Positions 1 to 13,598 of a DNA stretch of 64,000 nucleotides are shown piece by piece. Position 1 is the stretch's first letter; each line of letters begins with the position of its first letter. The translations under genes and the position numbers were made by a program. The DNA comes from Antedon mediterranea. Taxonomy: Eukaryota; Animalia; Echinodermata. The notes under the pieces were generated by a model. It did no database searches. It was not told the DNA's origin and saw only the letters and a program-made list of their open reading frames with translations. The stretch lies in the NCBI RefSeq assembly GCF_964355755.1, contig NC_092678.1, forward strand, positions 17,093,881-17,157,880, given 5' to 3'.

Positions 1-32
1 ATTAAAATTAAAATTCAACATTTATCAATCAA

Positions 33-739
33 GTACGTAGAACAAAAAGATCGGAAGCCTAACTGGTCAGAACCTGTTCCGCCAGAGATGGATCCTGATC
101 AAGTTCAAACTATCAAACACGTCACAGGAAGCGTAGAAAATGTGGAAGACGCGTCAAACTTCGAAGGAAAAAATTAAAACCTCCAATGCCATCTGTTATA
201 TTTGGTAATGCTCACTCACTCAAAAACAAGTGAATTGGCTGCAAATGCCAGTATACCTGTTTGAATGCAGGGACAGTTGCCTTGTGGCGCTCACTGAAAC
301 TTGGCTGAATGAATCTTTATCGGATCATGGATCAAAAAATTGGACTTGTGACCTGCAATTATTAAAAGTTTCCCATCGTCCCTTTTACTTGCAAAGGGAA
401 TTCTCGCAAGTTCTAGTCATCATTATCTATAGGCCTATACACCCGAAAGCAGACTTCAAAGTAGCTTGCACTAAACTCGCTGAGGTAGATAGACACCTAA
501 GCTGCAAATTTCCAGATTCAATAAAGCTCTTACTAGGTGATTTCCACAAAGGATCCCATAAAGAGCTTACAAAGGTAATTCCACACCTTTATCAATATGT
601 CAACGTTGCTACGAGAGAAGGCACAATATACTTGATAATTATGTGCTATGGATATGTTAAAAATGCTTATACAGCCAAGAGATGTCCAGGCATTTGGCGG
701 TCAGATCAAGAAATGATACAACATGATCCCAAGCTATAA
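33..739 (+). mobile_element. Decayed non-LTR retrotransposon APE endonuclease fragment (Rex1/Babar-like)
   Basis: RKRRKCGRRVKLRRKKLKPPMPSVIFGNAHSLKNK then, after a frameshift, LTETWL, RPFYLQREF, IYxxIHP, LLGDF; no RT follows. Confidence 0.8.
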
Positions 740-1370
740 TTCACGAACGTAGGAATCCTCAAAATGAATATGATACGCACATAGCTTAGTGCCTTTAATT
801 ATGATATTCATTAGGCCTACATTAGGCCTGGGTTAACCCACTGTGCAACTGTAGTGCTGTTTTTTTTTGTACTTCAGTTCGATTCTTACAGGATAGTATT
901 GTTTTATTTATTTAATCTATAGAAGGTTCAACATTTTGTTTTGGGATTAATGTTATATGGTGTGAGATAAAACGAGTTGAAACAGTATTGAAATTGAAGA
1001 TGAGTACCACTTTCTGTTAATGTGTTAATACAACTTAAATTTATCGTTTGATTTATTTTGCAAAATACACTAAATTAGGAAACAACAGATTTTATGTTGC
1101 ATCCGCTTTAATAATAATTTGTTCACGGTCATACCACCACCATAACGCTTTGACAAAAAAAACATTTTAACCTTTCCACGTATTGATGATATAGTTTATA
1201 ATTATTAAAATAGGCCTATATGGTAAGATATAACCACGTTACCCTAGCATCATGGTATTTAGACTAAACCTACACTTAAACGTATAATAATCACAATTAA
1301 CATGATTTACTTACAATTGTAAAGCTTTTAAATTTTTACCAGTAAGGAAAAAATGAGAATAAACACTTAC

Positions 1371-1442
1371 AGTGTAACCAATGACGTCAAACCAACAAAT
1401 GTTTTTTCATACAATGTAGTAATGCCGTTACTGCTTAAATCC
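1371..1442 (-). CDS. Gene L LRR exon (72 bp, phase 2-2): DLSSNGITTLYEKTFVGLTSLVTL
   Basis: tttttaAG acceptor at 1444-1443, GTAAGT donor at 1370-1365, open frame, 24-aa LRR consensus. Confidence 0.9.
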
Positions 1443-2989
1443 CTTAAAAATAAAAACAATTGGTAAACTAGAATTTAATTCGTCACTTTGACGAATTATA
1501 GGTGATCATTGTTATCATTTTAATGAAATTAACATTTTTTAAACATGCACGTACGTTAACATACGATCGTAAAAAGTTGATGTACGCCATCCTATGACAT
1601 GATGCATACACTTATATCGCTGAGTTGTGCCTATTATATGCCATATACAATATGTACAGTATATACTGTATATCTATATACAGTGTAGCATAGGTGAAAT
1701 TACGGGACACACATCATGTTCTAATTTTTTGGTATGATGGAATTATCAAAATAAACTCAAAGATGACAATTTCGAAAGCTAATGAATTGAGAAAATAAAT
1801 ATAAGAATTGGAAGAGAATCTGGCACGTAGAAGCGCCGTGCGCGCTCTTTGAAATTTCTATAACTTTGACGAAAAAGATGAAAATACTACTTTTTAACTT
1901 CAACTGGCCATATGTTAACGTCACAACATCCGATAGGCTTGGTTTTTATATGAATTCATATCTACATTTCATCAGCTTCCATAATAAATTATAATCATCA
2001 AGGTAACCTTCAATTCTGAAGAGCTGTAGGATATTCAAATTTACGGCGAAGGTGAAATTACACGACCTACGTTATTCAAGTTTTTACGCGTGATGACGAC
2101 ATCAAAATGAAAATGTTGACAACTCATGAGAAAGATAAGTAACTGAGCAAGCACATACTAAAAGTTGTGCAAAAATCGGGCTCAAATAGCGGAGATGCGC
2201 TCTATTGAATGTGATAAACTACACAAAACGGAAAAAAATCCTAATTTTTAAATTGAAGTGGCCATTTGATGACGTAATACCATTTTGTACGTCTAATGTG
2301 TATATACATTTGTATCTACAACTTATTGGCTTCCATAATAAGTTAAAAAAATTGGGGGTCACCTGCCATTCTGAAGAGTTATATTCATTTTAAAAAATCC
2401 TTATTTTTTACCATTTTTAGCACTTTTGTACAATTAATGAGCGCATTTTGTCATGTTTAACGTGCTCGTACAGCGTTATTTTAAGTCGGATTGGACTCAA
2501 AATCGGAGAATGTACAAAGGATTGTGAGTAGAATGTGATGTATACATTAAATTTTATTTTTTACGCATTTTAAGAATCGCGTGCGCAAAAATGTGTTTTT
2601 GCGCAGTAATTTTTTGAAACACGCAAATGGCCTAATTCATGCTCTAAATTGATCAAAACGTAATTTTGACCTTTTTAAAAATTCAACGCGCGATTTCACG
2701 CGCATGAGCCTACGTGCGCGTGTGTTTTTATTTGCTAATATTTTTACCCTTGACCTGAAGTTTACGTGTAGTGAATTTCATAAATATGTGATAATAAATT
2801 ATGGATATATGATTGATAATGTGATTTCACAAAATGGCGTATACGTGACGTCACGGATGAGTGATCACGCTGAAAAGCTTATTATGGCTAAGTTAAAGTA
2901 TTTGAAAGACATTGTAAAATTTTTGTGATCATTGCTATTCAACTTTTTGAGATATTTGACGAACAAAAAGTGTACAGAAAGAAGAATAA

Positions 2990-4568
2990 CTAGACATGAA
3001 ACTCGTCACTTTGACGAGTTAGTTATCCGCTCGACAAACGCCACGTGCACGTCATACGTTAGAATATTGCACACAAAAAAATATTAAGGCATTATGACCT
3101 GAACTGAAGAATATGATATGTTGTTGTTTCTGAATTCTGTTATTTTGTGTCATATAGTATACACAGTACAATCTGTATACATATCACAAACAGTGTAAAA
3201 TAGGTGAAATTACGGGACCCGTATTTTATTGTAATTTTTAACATCTTGACGGTTTCAAAATGAAATGCAAAAGTAGAAATTTCAGAATGAAATTATCTCA
3301 GCAATAACATATTAACGTGTAGAAGAAATTTGAATACGTTAAATATTGATGCGCGCTCTTTTAAATGTAATGAAATATAACGCAAAAGATGAAAATACGA
3401 CTTTTTTTATTTAACTGGCCATATGATGACGTCACAACATTCGATTAGCACAATTTACACATGATGTTGTATCTACAATACAATAGCTTCCTGAAAACGT
3501 TTTAATCGTGATTATCCCATTTTATTCTTACGAGCTATAACGGATTAAAATTTAATGTAAAGATGAAATTAATGACCAACGTAATTTAAATTTTTAGGCA
3601 TGATGACGTTAAAAAATTTAAAAAATTTTAATTCATGCAAAAGATAGTTGATCGACCTAGAATATATTAAAATCGGGGTGAAAATGGACAACGAATAAGT
3701 GGAGATGCGCTCTATTAAATGTGATGAGCTATGACGAAAGAGACAAAAATCCTATATTTTATATTCGCGTGGCCATACGATGACGTCACTATGTCCGGTT
3801 ATCCATATTAATGCATGATCCGATATCTACAACTCATCAACTTCCAGAATATGTAATTAAAAAAAAGTTCTCCATGTAGTTTAGAATCTATGACTGTTTA
3901 AAAATAGGCATAATTTTGACGAATTTTTGAACTTTTTCACCAAAAACGCGTACAAATTATCTAATTCGACGTGCTCGTATGACGTAATTTTAAGTAGAAA
4001 TTGTTTAAAAGTTGGTAACATTACCAGAAAAGGCTGAAAAAACATAAATCACGCGGAAAAAATATGTTTTTAACGCTACGTGTGCACCGCGTGCGTAAAC
4101 ATTTTTGCGCGCGTGGGAATTTTTGACATGCTCAAAATGACATGAAACGCATAGAAAGTTGATTAGAAGTTGATTTTTCGCACCCTAAAATTTTAAACGC
4201 GCGTGCGCGCGTAACTTTTTGTGAAACATGCTATTTTTAATCCATAGAAAGTTTGCGCTTGATATGACTTAAATTTTCACAAAGTGTCAAAACAAAATTA
4301 TGTTTGGTTTTCAGTCTATGATCAATCATTGAAATTCATAAAATCGCGCGTAAGTCACGTTGCGCAACTCTGACGTCATTCAAAAATAGGAGGTGCACAA
4401 GTTCACGTAAATGTCGATATGTTGACAAAGTTACAATATGTTCTGTTTACACGTTTTAGAGAAACGCGACGCACAAAAATGACAGAAAGAAAGAAGTATA
4501 ATACAGAAAAAAAATTTGATGAAACAGGACGATTACAAGGAGTTATCCGCTACTAAGCGGATAACTAA
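2990..4568 (-). mobile_element. Helentron/HINE-type element, tandem copy 1
   Basis: CTAG end, hairpin AACTCGTCA-ctt-TGACGAGTT, subterminal AGTTATCCGC repeats; near-identical to 4569-6156. Confidence 0.8.
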
Positions 4569-6156
4569 CTAGACATGAAACTCGTCACTTTGACGAGTTA
4601 GTTATCCGCTCGACAAACGCCACGTGCACGTCATACGTTAGAATATTGCACACAGAAAAATATTAAGGCATTATGACCTGAACTGAAGAATATGATATGT
4701 TGTTATTTCTGAATTATGTTATTTTGTTGTCATATACATAGTATACACAGTACAATCTGTATACATATCACAAACAGTGTAAAATAGGTGAAATTACGGG
4801 ACCCGTATTTTATTGTAATTTTTAACATCTTGACGGTTTTAAAATGAAATGCAAAAGTAGAAATTTCAGAATAAAATTATCTCAGCAACAACATATTAAC
4901 GTGTAGAAGAAATTTGAATACGTGAAATATTGATGCGCGCTCTTTTAAATGTAATGAAATATAACGCAAAAGATGAAAATATGACTTTTTGTATTTAACT
5001 GGCCATATGATGACGTCACAACATTCGATTGGCACAATTTTCATATGATTTTGTATCTAAAATACAATAGCTACCTGAAAACGTTTGAATCGTGATTATC
5101 ACATTTTATTCTTACGAGCTATACCAGATTAAAATTTACTTTAAAGATGAAATTAATGACCAACGTAATTTAAATTTTTAGGCATGATGACGTTAAAAAA
5201 ATTAAAAAATTTTTAATTCATGCAAAACATAGTTGATAGACCTAGAATATATTAAAATCGGGGTGAAAATGAACAACGAATAAGTGGAGATGCGCTCTAT
5301 TAAATGTGATGAGCTATGACGAAAGAGACAAAAATCCTATATTTTATATTTGCGTGGCCATACGATGACGTCACAATGTCCGGTTAGCCATATTAATGCA
5401 TAATTCAATATCTACCATTCATCAACTTCCAGAATATGTAATTAAAAAAAAGTTCTCCATGTAGTTTAGAATCTATGACTGTTTAAAAATAGGCATAATT
5501 TTGACGAATTTTTGAACTTTTTCACCAGAAACGCGTGCAAATTATTTAATTCGACGTGCTCGTATGACGTAATTTTAAGTCGAAATTGTTTAAAAGTTGG
5601 TAACATTACTATAAAAGGCTGAAAAAACATAAATCACGCGAAAAAAATATGTTTTTAACGCTACGTGTGCACCGCGTGCGTAAAAAGTTTCGCGCGCGTG
5701 GGAATTTTTGACATGCTCAAAATGACATGAAACGCATAGAAAGTTGATTAGACGTTGATTTTTCGCACGTTAAAATTTTAAACGCGCGTGCGCGCGTAAC
5801 TTTTTGTGAAACATGCTATTTTTAATCCATAGAAAGTTTGCGCTTGATATGACTTAAATTTTCACAAAGTTTCAAAACAAAATTATGTTTGGTTTTTAGT
5901 CTATGATCAATCATTGAAATTCATAAAATCGCACGTAAGTCACGTTGCGCAACTCTGACATCATTCAAAAATAGGAGGTGCACAAGTTCACGTATATGCC
6001 GATATGTTGACAAAGTTACGATATGTTCTGTTTACACGTTTTAGAGAAACGCGACGCACAAAAATGACAGAAAGAAAGAAGTATAATACAGAAAAAAAAA
6101 AATTTGATGAAACAGGACGATTACAAGGAGTTATCCGCTACTAAGCGGATAACTAA
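4569..6156 (-). mobile_element. Helentron/HINE-type element, tandem copy 2
   Basis: Precise head-to-tail junction gcggataactaa|ctagacatg at 4568/4569. Confidence 0.8.
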
Positions 6157-6417
6157 TAAAGATTTTATACAATAACAATAGGTGATCATTTTATTCTAAA
6201 TGATCACCTAATAACAGATCACGAATTGAGGTTTTCTTCTTTAGGGAAAATAGGTACAGTTTGGTGTGTATGTCAGCGGACAAAATAGTGACCGTAAAAT
6301 AATTTATCTGTATTGTACTGTTAGTGTGTATTACATGTCAGTGAAGATTAAAGAGGGTCGATAACGGTACAAACGTTAATATGTTATTAAAATTAAAATA
6401 CAAAATTTATCGATAGA

Positions 6418-7058
6418 GTACGTAGAACTAAAGATCCGAAGCCTAGTTGGTCGGAACCTGTTCCGGCAGAAATGGTTCCTGATCAAGTTAAAACTATTAA
6501 ACACGTCACAGGTAGCGTTGAAAAATGTGGAAGACGCGTCAAACTTCGAAGGAAAAAATTGAACTCTCCAGTGTCATCTGTTATTTTTGGTAACGCTCAC
6601 TCACTCAAAAACAAGTTTTTGGCTGCAAACGCTCACTGAAACTTGGCTAAATGAATCTGTTTCGGATCATGGATCAAAAAACAATTCTTGTAATCTGGAA
6701 TTATTAACAGTTGCTCTTCGTCCCTTTTACTTGCCATGTTCTAGTCACCATTATCTATATACACCCAAAAGCAGACTTCAAAGTAGCTTGCGCTAAAATC
6801 GCTGAGATAGATAGACACCTAAGCTGCAAATCTCCAGATTCAATAAAGCTGTTACTATGTGATTTTAATAAAGGATCCTATAAAGAGCTTTCAAACGTAA
6901 TTCCACACCTTCATCAATATTTAAACGTTGAGAGAGAGGGGGAAGGCACTATACTTGATATGTGCTTTGGAAATATTAAAAATGCTTATACAGCAACGAG
7001 ATGTCCAAGCATTGGGCGGTCAGGTCACGAAATGATACAACATGATCCAAAGCTATAA
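6418..7058 (+). mobile_element. Second copy of the decayed APE endonuclease fragment
   Basis: Paralogous to 33-739 with the same 3' truncation (QHDPKL*) and different internal deletions. Confidence 0.8.
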
Positions 7059-8033
7059 TTCACGAACATAGGAAGCCTCAAAATGAATATGATACGCACA
7101 TTTCTCAGTGCCTTTAATTCTGATATTCATTAGGCTTACATTAGGCCTGGGTTAACCCACTGTGAACTGTAGTGCTGTTTTTTCTTTATTCTTCAGTTCG
7201 ATTCTTCCAGGATAGTATTGTTTTATTTATTTAATCTATAGAAGGTTCATAACCATACGAACGTTAGATTATTGTAAAAAAAAATGTTTCGATAAACTAA
7301 ATCATCGGATTTTTGTCTAGATTTGGTAGGTTTTTTAGATTTACGAATTAATTTTTCCTTTGGTTAAGGGGGATTGATCGGCCTAATGTTTATAATTTGT
7401 ATGATTTAGCTTTGTAATTTATTTGTTATAGGTATAATCTCTGGTCTATGAGCAAGGGCAAATATTCTACAATTCAGACTCGACTCAATGAAATTAAGAA
7501 AATTTTGCTTAGGAATTAATGTTAGATGGTGTGAGATAAAACGAGAAAATAGACTATGTCAAGTTTGTAACAGGAATGAAAATGAAGATGAGGACCACGT
7601 TCTGTTAATGTATTAATACAACTTAAATTTATCGTTTGATTTATTTTGCAAAATACCCTAAATTAGGAAAAACAGATTTTATGTTGCATCTGCTTTAATA
7701 TTAAAGAATAAATCAAAGAATTGTTTATTGTTCACGGTCATACCACCACCATAACGCTTTGACAAACAAACATTTTGACAAACAAACATTTTAACCTCCT
7801 TTCCACGTATTAATGCTTTAGTGTACTAATATTAAAATTATTATATTGTAAGATATCAGCACGTTACCCTGATCGTCATGGTATTTGGAAACATCTAAAC
7901 CTACCCTACCCCTTTTTTAAGAAACAGTTAAACCTACCCTTAAATGTATACTTTCACAATTAACATGATTTACTTACAATTGTAAAGCTTTTAAATTTTT
8001 ACCAGTAAGGAAAAAATGAGAATAAACACTTAC

Positions 8034-8105
8034 AGTATAACCAATGACGTCAAACCACCAAATGTATTTTCATACAATGTAGTAATGCCGTTACTGCTTA
8101 AATCC
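8034..8105 (-). CDS. Gene L LRR exon (72 bp, phase 2-2): DLSSNGITTLYENTFGGLTSLVIL
   Basis: AG acceptor at 8107-8106, GTAAGT donor at 8033-8028; phase matches the LRRNT exon (TT+G = Leu). Confidence 0.9.
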
Positions 8106-8578
8106 CTTCAAAATAAAAACAGTTGGTAAATAACAGATCACGAATTGAGGTTTTCTTCTTTAAGGACAAAATTGTGAATATTTCTTTCGCAAAATACACT
8201 AAATTAGGAAAAACATATTTTATGTTGTATCCGCTTTAATAATAAAGAATAAATCAAAGAATGTGTTATTGTTCACGGTCATACAATCATTATAACGCTT
8301 TAACAAACAAAAATTTTAACCTTTCTAGGTATTAATGCTATAGTGTACCAATATTAAAATATATTGTAAGACATCAGCACGTCACCCTGAACGTCATGGT
8401 ATTTAGAAAGAGTTAAACCTAACCTTAAATGTATAATAATCACAATTAACATGATTTACTGACAATTGTAAACAGCAACCTCAAATCAAATCAAATCTAT
8501 ATTCGTTTCATATATAAAAACGTAGCAAGTAAGTACTTGTTAACTGGTTTAACCAAAAAGTTAACATTTATTTATTAA

Positions 8579-9204
8579 AGACCCCTTCCCTGCAATTTTG
8601 GACGTTTTTTGGAAAATAATACATATATATCACTTTAAAAACATTAAACCATGTCATTCCTTGTCTTAAATGTACGTTTTATGGTAAATTATGATAAAAA
8701 GTGAGAAACAATGCACTACCTAAGTAGCTCGCGGCGATCGACCTCTCGTGGACGGTCTTAGGCCTAGCCTAGCTAGGCTTAGTTTTGTAGGCCTAGCTGG
8801 TAAACATCGGTAACGTACGAACATCGTACGCGAGCTATATACCTAGCCTGACGTTTTATAGTTGCTGCATTAATTGTCTTTCTATTTTTGCCAGACTCCG
8901 TTGATACAAATTGGGGAAAACCCGGTATTTTCGCTGAAAAGTTAGGAGTCTTCCATTTGTTTTGGCCTCACGATCGATCGAAAAGTGGGCGAATTACAGG
9001 TGAAAAACAAAAATATCAATCCGCGCGCATTGCATTTTGGGATTTATAGCGGGCCGCTATAATTATTAGAATCGACTTATTTTTCAAATTTTTAACCGTT
9101 TAAAGACCAAAAAAGTTATCGCAATAGGACCATATAGTATTATTTTTACATTAAATATAGTTTGTGATCTTAAATTAGATCTAAAAAACGTAGGGAATGG
9201 GGCT
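8579..9204. mobile_element. 626-bp MITE with TTAA TSD (Kolobok-like)
   Basis: TTAA at 8575-8578 and 9205-9208; imperfect TIRs AGACCCCTTCCCT / AGCCCCATTCCCT beginning with purine-purine; inverted near-identical copy at 24720-25345. Confidence 0.85.
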
Positions 9205-9209
9205 TTAAA

Positions 9210-10973
9210 CTAGATGGTATGCTCGCGTATCATCTAGATCGTGCCCACAGATGGTTCTCCAATACATAATAATTTCAGCGTTAAAAAACTGGCGATTTCA
9301 AATGTGCGTACCACAGGAAAATAATACATGTCGTTTACAGGAACGAATAAATAGACACTGTGATTTATGTACTCAACTAAAATTAGCACCCTGGGAATTA
9401 CTTCTGAAAAAGAAACTTGTCACAAAATGAGACCAATTGTTTAAGTCAAATTTAAACAAACTTTAATTTGTGTTTTGTATGTAACATTAGGGTTGAGGGA
9501 TGGGGAAGAGGATGGGTGCAAAGAGGAACAACTTTTAAATATATTCTTTATTCATTTAGTAACGAAATATTAATTGAACTTATTCAACCTTATGTTCCTA
9601 AGCGGTCTCTGAGATCTATATCTGAGTCTCTTCTTGCCCATATATTTCATCCTTCCACTAAGTTTTATGGAAATCGTTCATTTTCTTCGGCATCCGTTTC
9701 TCTATGGAATGCGTTGCCTATTGAAATCCGTCAGGCTACTTCCACCAGTGTCTTCACATCTCTCCTCAAAACCCACCTTTTTAATTTGTAATTTTCTAAA
9801 TTTTTCTGTCTTTGTAAAGCGCATTGAGGCTTTCAGCATAATGCGCTATATCAAGTACCAGTTATTATTATTATTATTATTGTTTTCATGTTTTACAAAT
9901 AATATATCACTAAACACAGTAAAACATTGCGATGTAATACTTTGTTGAAACTATCACCGTCCTAGTCGATTGAAATAGTACAGTACATGTAACGATACAT
10001 CACTACGACGTGTATATGTTTATATAATAATATAATTTGTGAAAACCACCTCTATTCGGGGAAAATCATAAAATTCGATTTAATCGTCAATAAATATTAA
10101 ATTATCCAACTCAACTTAGTTAGTTAATTAGTAGGCCTAATGGTTTTCAATTGTTTCTTAGAGCCAATTCATACTTAAGTTGGTTCCTACCGGGGTTCCT
10201 ACCCTACCCACCAAAGTTGTTCTGCGTTTAGGGCATGTGATGTACCTTAGGCCTATCCTCTACTGGTTTTACAACGCTACTCATGCCAGTGAGGGAAGGG
10301 TGATGATGTGGGTGGTTTAACTGCAATAATAACGATCTGTACATAATATACGGCGAGAGAAAACGGTAGCTCATTATCCGTTTAAAAAAAATGTATATCC
10401 AACCTCTGCAGCACAGATTGAAAAAAAAAATGGATCGAATTTCTGTTATGAGTATACAGTACTTGCCTTTACGACGCCTGAGGGAATAGACACTTGTGGA
10501 ACAGAGATTGGAATGTTCCATTCATCGCAAATTAATACATTTGTATAAACGTATATTAAATCTATCAAAAATAGTATTTTTTAAAGAAAATCGGCCTGTC
10601 TTCAACATTATGATGCTGTACTCGAGCTGTTCAACCGGTTTTCAGCCATTAAAAACAATTATCGTAAGAGGAGATAGGAAAATTCGAAGCATCCTCGTAT
10701 TATCGTCTGCGGGTTTTTTTCAAGACGGACATCCATTAGACAGTGTATACCACGATCGAAAAACACCCCTATTTGGGGCAAATCGTTGAACCTAAATTCG
10801 TTTTAATCGTCAGTAACTAATTATCGAACTAAATTTAATTAGTAAACAGGGTTACATCAGGTGGTTAAAATCAGTACCGAAAGTACGAACCAACTTTATA
10901 TACCATCGAGTAAACATTCTAGAAATAACGCGCGATTTACCGAATTTTGCCCTTATGTAAATTTATATAAAGA
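9210..10973 (-). mobile_element. Non-autonomous Helitron (same family as 55218-56539)
   Basis: Minus strand runs 5'-TC...hairpin-CTAG-3' between A and T; ends colinear with the 55.2-56.5 kb copy, middle partly different. Confidence 0.8.
9572..9881 (+). mobile_element. 5'-truncated L2-type LINE 3' end nested in the Helitron
   Basis: YVPKRSLRS...GNRSFS...LWNALPIEIR...LKTHLF*, stem GCGCATT...AATGCGC, (TTA)n tail; absent from the second Helitron copy near 55595. Confidence 0.85.
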
Positions 10974-11219
10974 TAAAAAATGTACATTGTTTTCCTCGAC
11001 AGAAAAATATGGTAAAACATTCAAAATTACATCATACATAGAACAAATTTACAATTTAAAAACATTAATTAAAACATCCATCAACTGTAAAACTTTAAAT
11101 ATATATTGCATGTGCGCTATTATGATCTAACAATCTTTGAGTTAAAATATGCGTTGAATTTGGTACAAAAAAAAGTCGGTTTCTTGACGTATCAGCTCTA
11201 AGAGCCTTTACATTTTGAT

Positions 11220-11630
11220 AAGTATTTTTTCTGTATTGTATTACGTGTATTAGTAGATGGTCGATAAAAATAAGAACGTTAAATTATTATTTAAAAAACA
11301 ATTTAAAGTTTATTGACAGATTGTAGATCATTGGGTTTTTAACTAGAATTGGTAGTTTTTTTTAATTCTTACGAATTCATTTTTCCTTAAAATAAAAACA
11401 GTTGGTAAATAACAGTTCACGAGTTGAGGTTTTCTTCTTTGGGGAAAATAGGTACAGTTTGGTGTGTATGTCAGTGGATAAAATAGTGACCCGTAAAATA
11501 ATTTTTCTGTATTGTACTATTGTTGTGTATTACTGTACGTGTTAGTGAAAATTAAAGAGAGTCGATAACGTTACAACAAACGTTAAAATATTATTCAAAT
11601 TATAAATACAAAATATATCGATTTAGTACA
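11220..11630. repeat. Exon-less remnant of the gene L duplication unit
   Basis: Matches ~7255-7360 joined directly to sequence like 8106-8160 and 6240-6420; the LRR exon is missing. Confidence 0.7.
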
Positions 11631-12385
11631 TACTGTAGTACGTCAGGAATAGGTTGTTCGTTTATATAATTACTGATATAAAGACGGAGAGATAACATTT
11701 TAATACATCTTAAAGGCAATTGAAAAAAAATCAATCCTTTACTATAAGCCGAAACGTAGCAAGAGTGTGTAACTTATTTGTTATAGAATAGAGAAAAATA
11801 GTGCATGTTTAGACACAAACCAGCACAGCTGATGTAATCTGAGGGTAGCCTACAATAATTAAAGTACACGTATAACTAAACGATAAAGAAAGAAATGTAT
11901 ACATAAATCAATGTCAAATAACTACTGTAGCTCGATGATATCAAACGGCGCATCTACACACTCACACATTGATTCAATCCAAAGAGTTTACACTGACAAG
12001 AAAAGTCATTTTTTTAAAGTTATGAATAATCAACTACCAAAATAATAATAAAATTGTTTAAAATACCGTTCGTTATCTAATTTACGGACGTGTAGGAAGT
12101 CTAAAAATCAATATATATGTACATATTTGTTATTTAGTGCCTTTGATTCTAACATCCGTTACTCTATTGTGTTAACCCACTGTGTAATAATAGTGTCTGT
12201 TTCTGTGGTTAATTGCGCGGTGCAATGCGTGTTTTTCAATAGAGGATTTTTCAATTCTGTTCTCGCACGATTGTATTATTCTCATTTTATGAAAAGATGA
12301 GGGGCATTTTGGAAACACATTTTTTATACAATTCGAATGAGTGTACGATGTATTAACCAATTTACAGAACTTACGTATCGAAAAA

Positions 12386-13188
12386 ACAAGGCCAACAGCC
12401 ATTAAGTCGCGTGCTACAATGCATAGTGATACCGGACCGACAGACAAACAGACCAACAGACAGACAGACCGACAGACAGACGGACCGACCGACATAGTGA
12501 ACTATACTGACCGAAATTACTGAACATGTTTAAAAATGTTGAAATGTTTAAAAACATTTATATTTATTTTAATTTACACGTGCGTAGCCTGTCACTTTTG
12601 ACGTGCTCGTATAACGTAATTTCGAGTTGAAAAGTAAGTCAAGAAAACAGAAATCGGGCAAAAAGAGTTCGCAATAACATTTAACGCGCAAAAATCTGCG
12701 CACTCATGGCAATTTTGTAAAGGCTTAAAATTGACTGAAACGTACTCTTATTTCATCGAAAATAAATTTTGAAAATTTTAAGCGCGCGTACGCATGCGTT
12801 ACATGCGCTACGCACGTAATTGTATTGCCATATGATGATTTATGCCCTGAAATTTATGAGTACCAAATTTTATTTAATTGTGATTCATGGTTGTTAAGAT
12901 ATGATTACAAACGTGATTTCGTTAAATCGTGCGTAGACCGCGTAATTTTTTATTGCGCACCGTGAAAACATAACCACATCGACTCCTGGCCATAAGGAAT
13001 ATTCTGTGAAAAATTGACTTAGCTAGATTTAACTGATATCAAGATAAGGTCATAAAGCGATAAAACGCATAGTGATACCGGACCGACAGACAGACAGACA
13101 GACCGACAGACAGACCGACAGACAGACAGACAGACAGACAGACCGACCGACATAGTGAACTATAGAGTCGCTTCCACGCGACTAAAAA
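12386..13188 (-). mobile_element. HINE/DINE-1-like element with (GTCT/GTCG)n microsatellites
   Basis: Subterminal AGTCGCGTG / CACGCGACT inverted repeats, short terminal stem, tetranucleotide tracts, sits in T-runs without TSD. Confidence 0.8.
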
Positions 13189-13462
13189 CACCATGGACTG
13201 AAATCGTGGTTTTGTGTGGATGGTGCTAATTGGAATGATTCGTCTACGATAGTCCAATACTTTTACAATTAACTACTATTAATTTCCGTTGTATCATTTT
13301 CATTTCTATAATTTGTAATAAAAATAATATAATCATAATAACATTATTTTTTTTAATATAAGCTTTAGAATTAACGTAACTGCCATCAACGTTTCAATGT
13401 TACTACGCTTGTCTTATGTAAGCTTACAGTTTGCACAAAACAGGTTCTTTGGTGATACTTAC

Positions 13463-13598
13463 AAGAATGTTATTGGTTGATGATTATTGTAGTTCCTGAC
13501 GGATTCTGCTGTTGTATTAATATATTTCCGACAGCTTAAGTAGTTAAATATGCAATCGCATCCAGTTGGACATATCTGTGTTAGGAATATTAATTGTT
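13463..13598 (-). CDS. Gene L LRRNT exon (136 bp, phase 1-2): EQLIFLTQICPTGCDCIFNYLSCRKYINTTAESVRNYNNHQPITFL
   Basis: ttttttttacAG acceptor, GTAAGT donor, CPxxCxC...C cap motif; phases link the CUB exon to the LRR exons. Confidence 0.88.

Larger units (their letters stand above)
1..1467. repeat. Gene L exon-plus-intron duplication unit, copy 1 (paralogous to ~6386-8130)
   Basis: Colinear by eye with 6386-8130 (LINE endonuclease fragment, intron, LRR exon). Exon spacing is 6663 bp, or 1919 bp once the 4744-bp insertion at 1468-6211 is removed. Confidence 0.9.
1468..6211 (-). mobile_element. Non-autonomous Helentron/HINE-type element (outer, ~1.58 kb) with two nested copies of a related family
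   Basis: Minus-strand 3' end has hairpin AATTCGTCA-aag-TGACGAATT then CTAG; subterminal repeat TAGGTGATCATT at both ends; no TSD; empty site ggtaaa|taacag in the paralogous unit near 8130. Confidence 0.8.

Noticed and set aside
12172-13257. ORFs with SVCLSV / TDRQ repeats
   Set aside because: Translations of the HINE tetranucleotide microsatellites.
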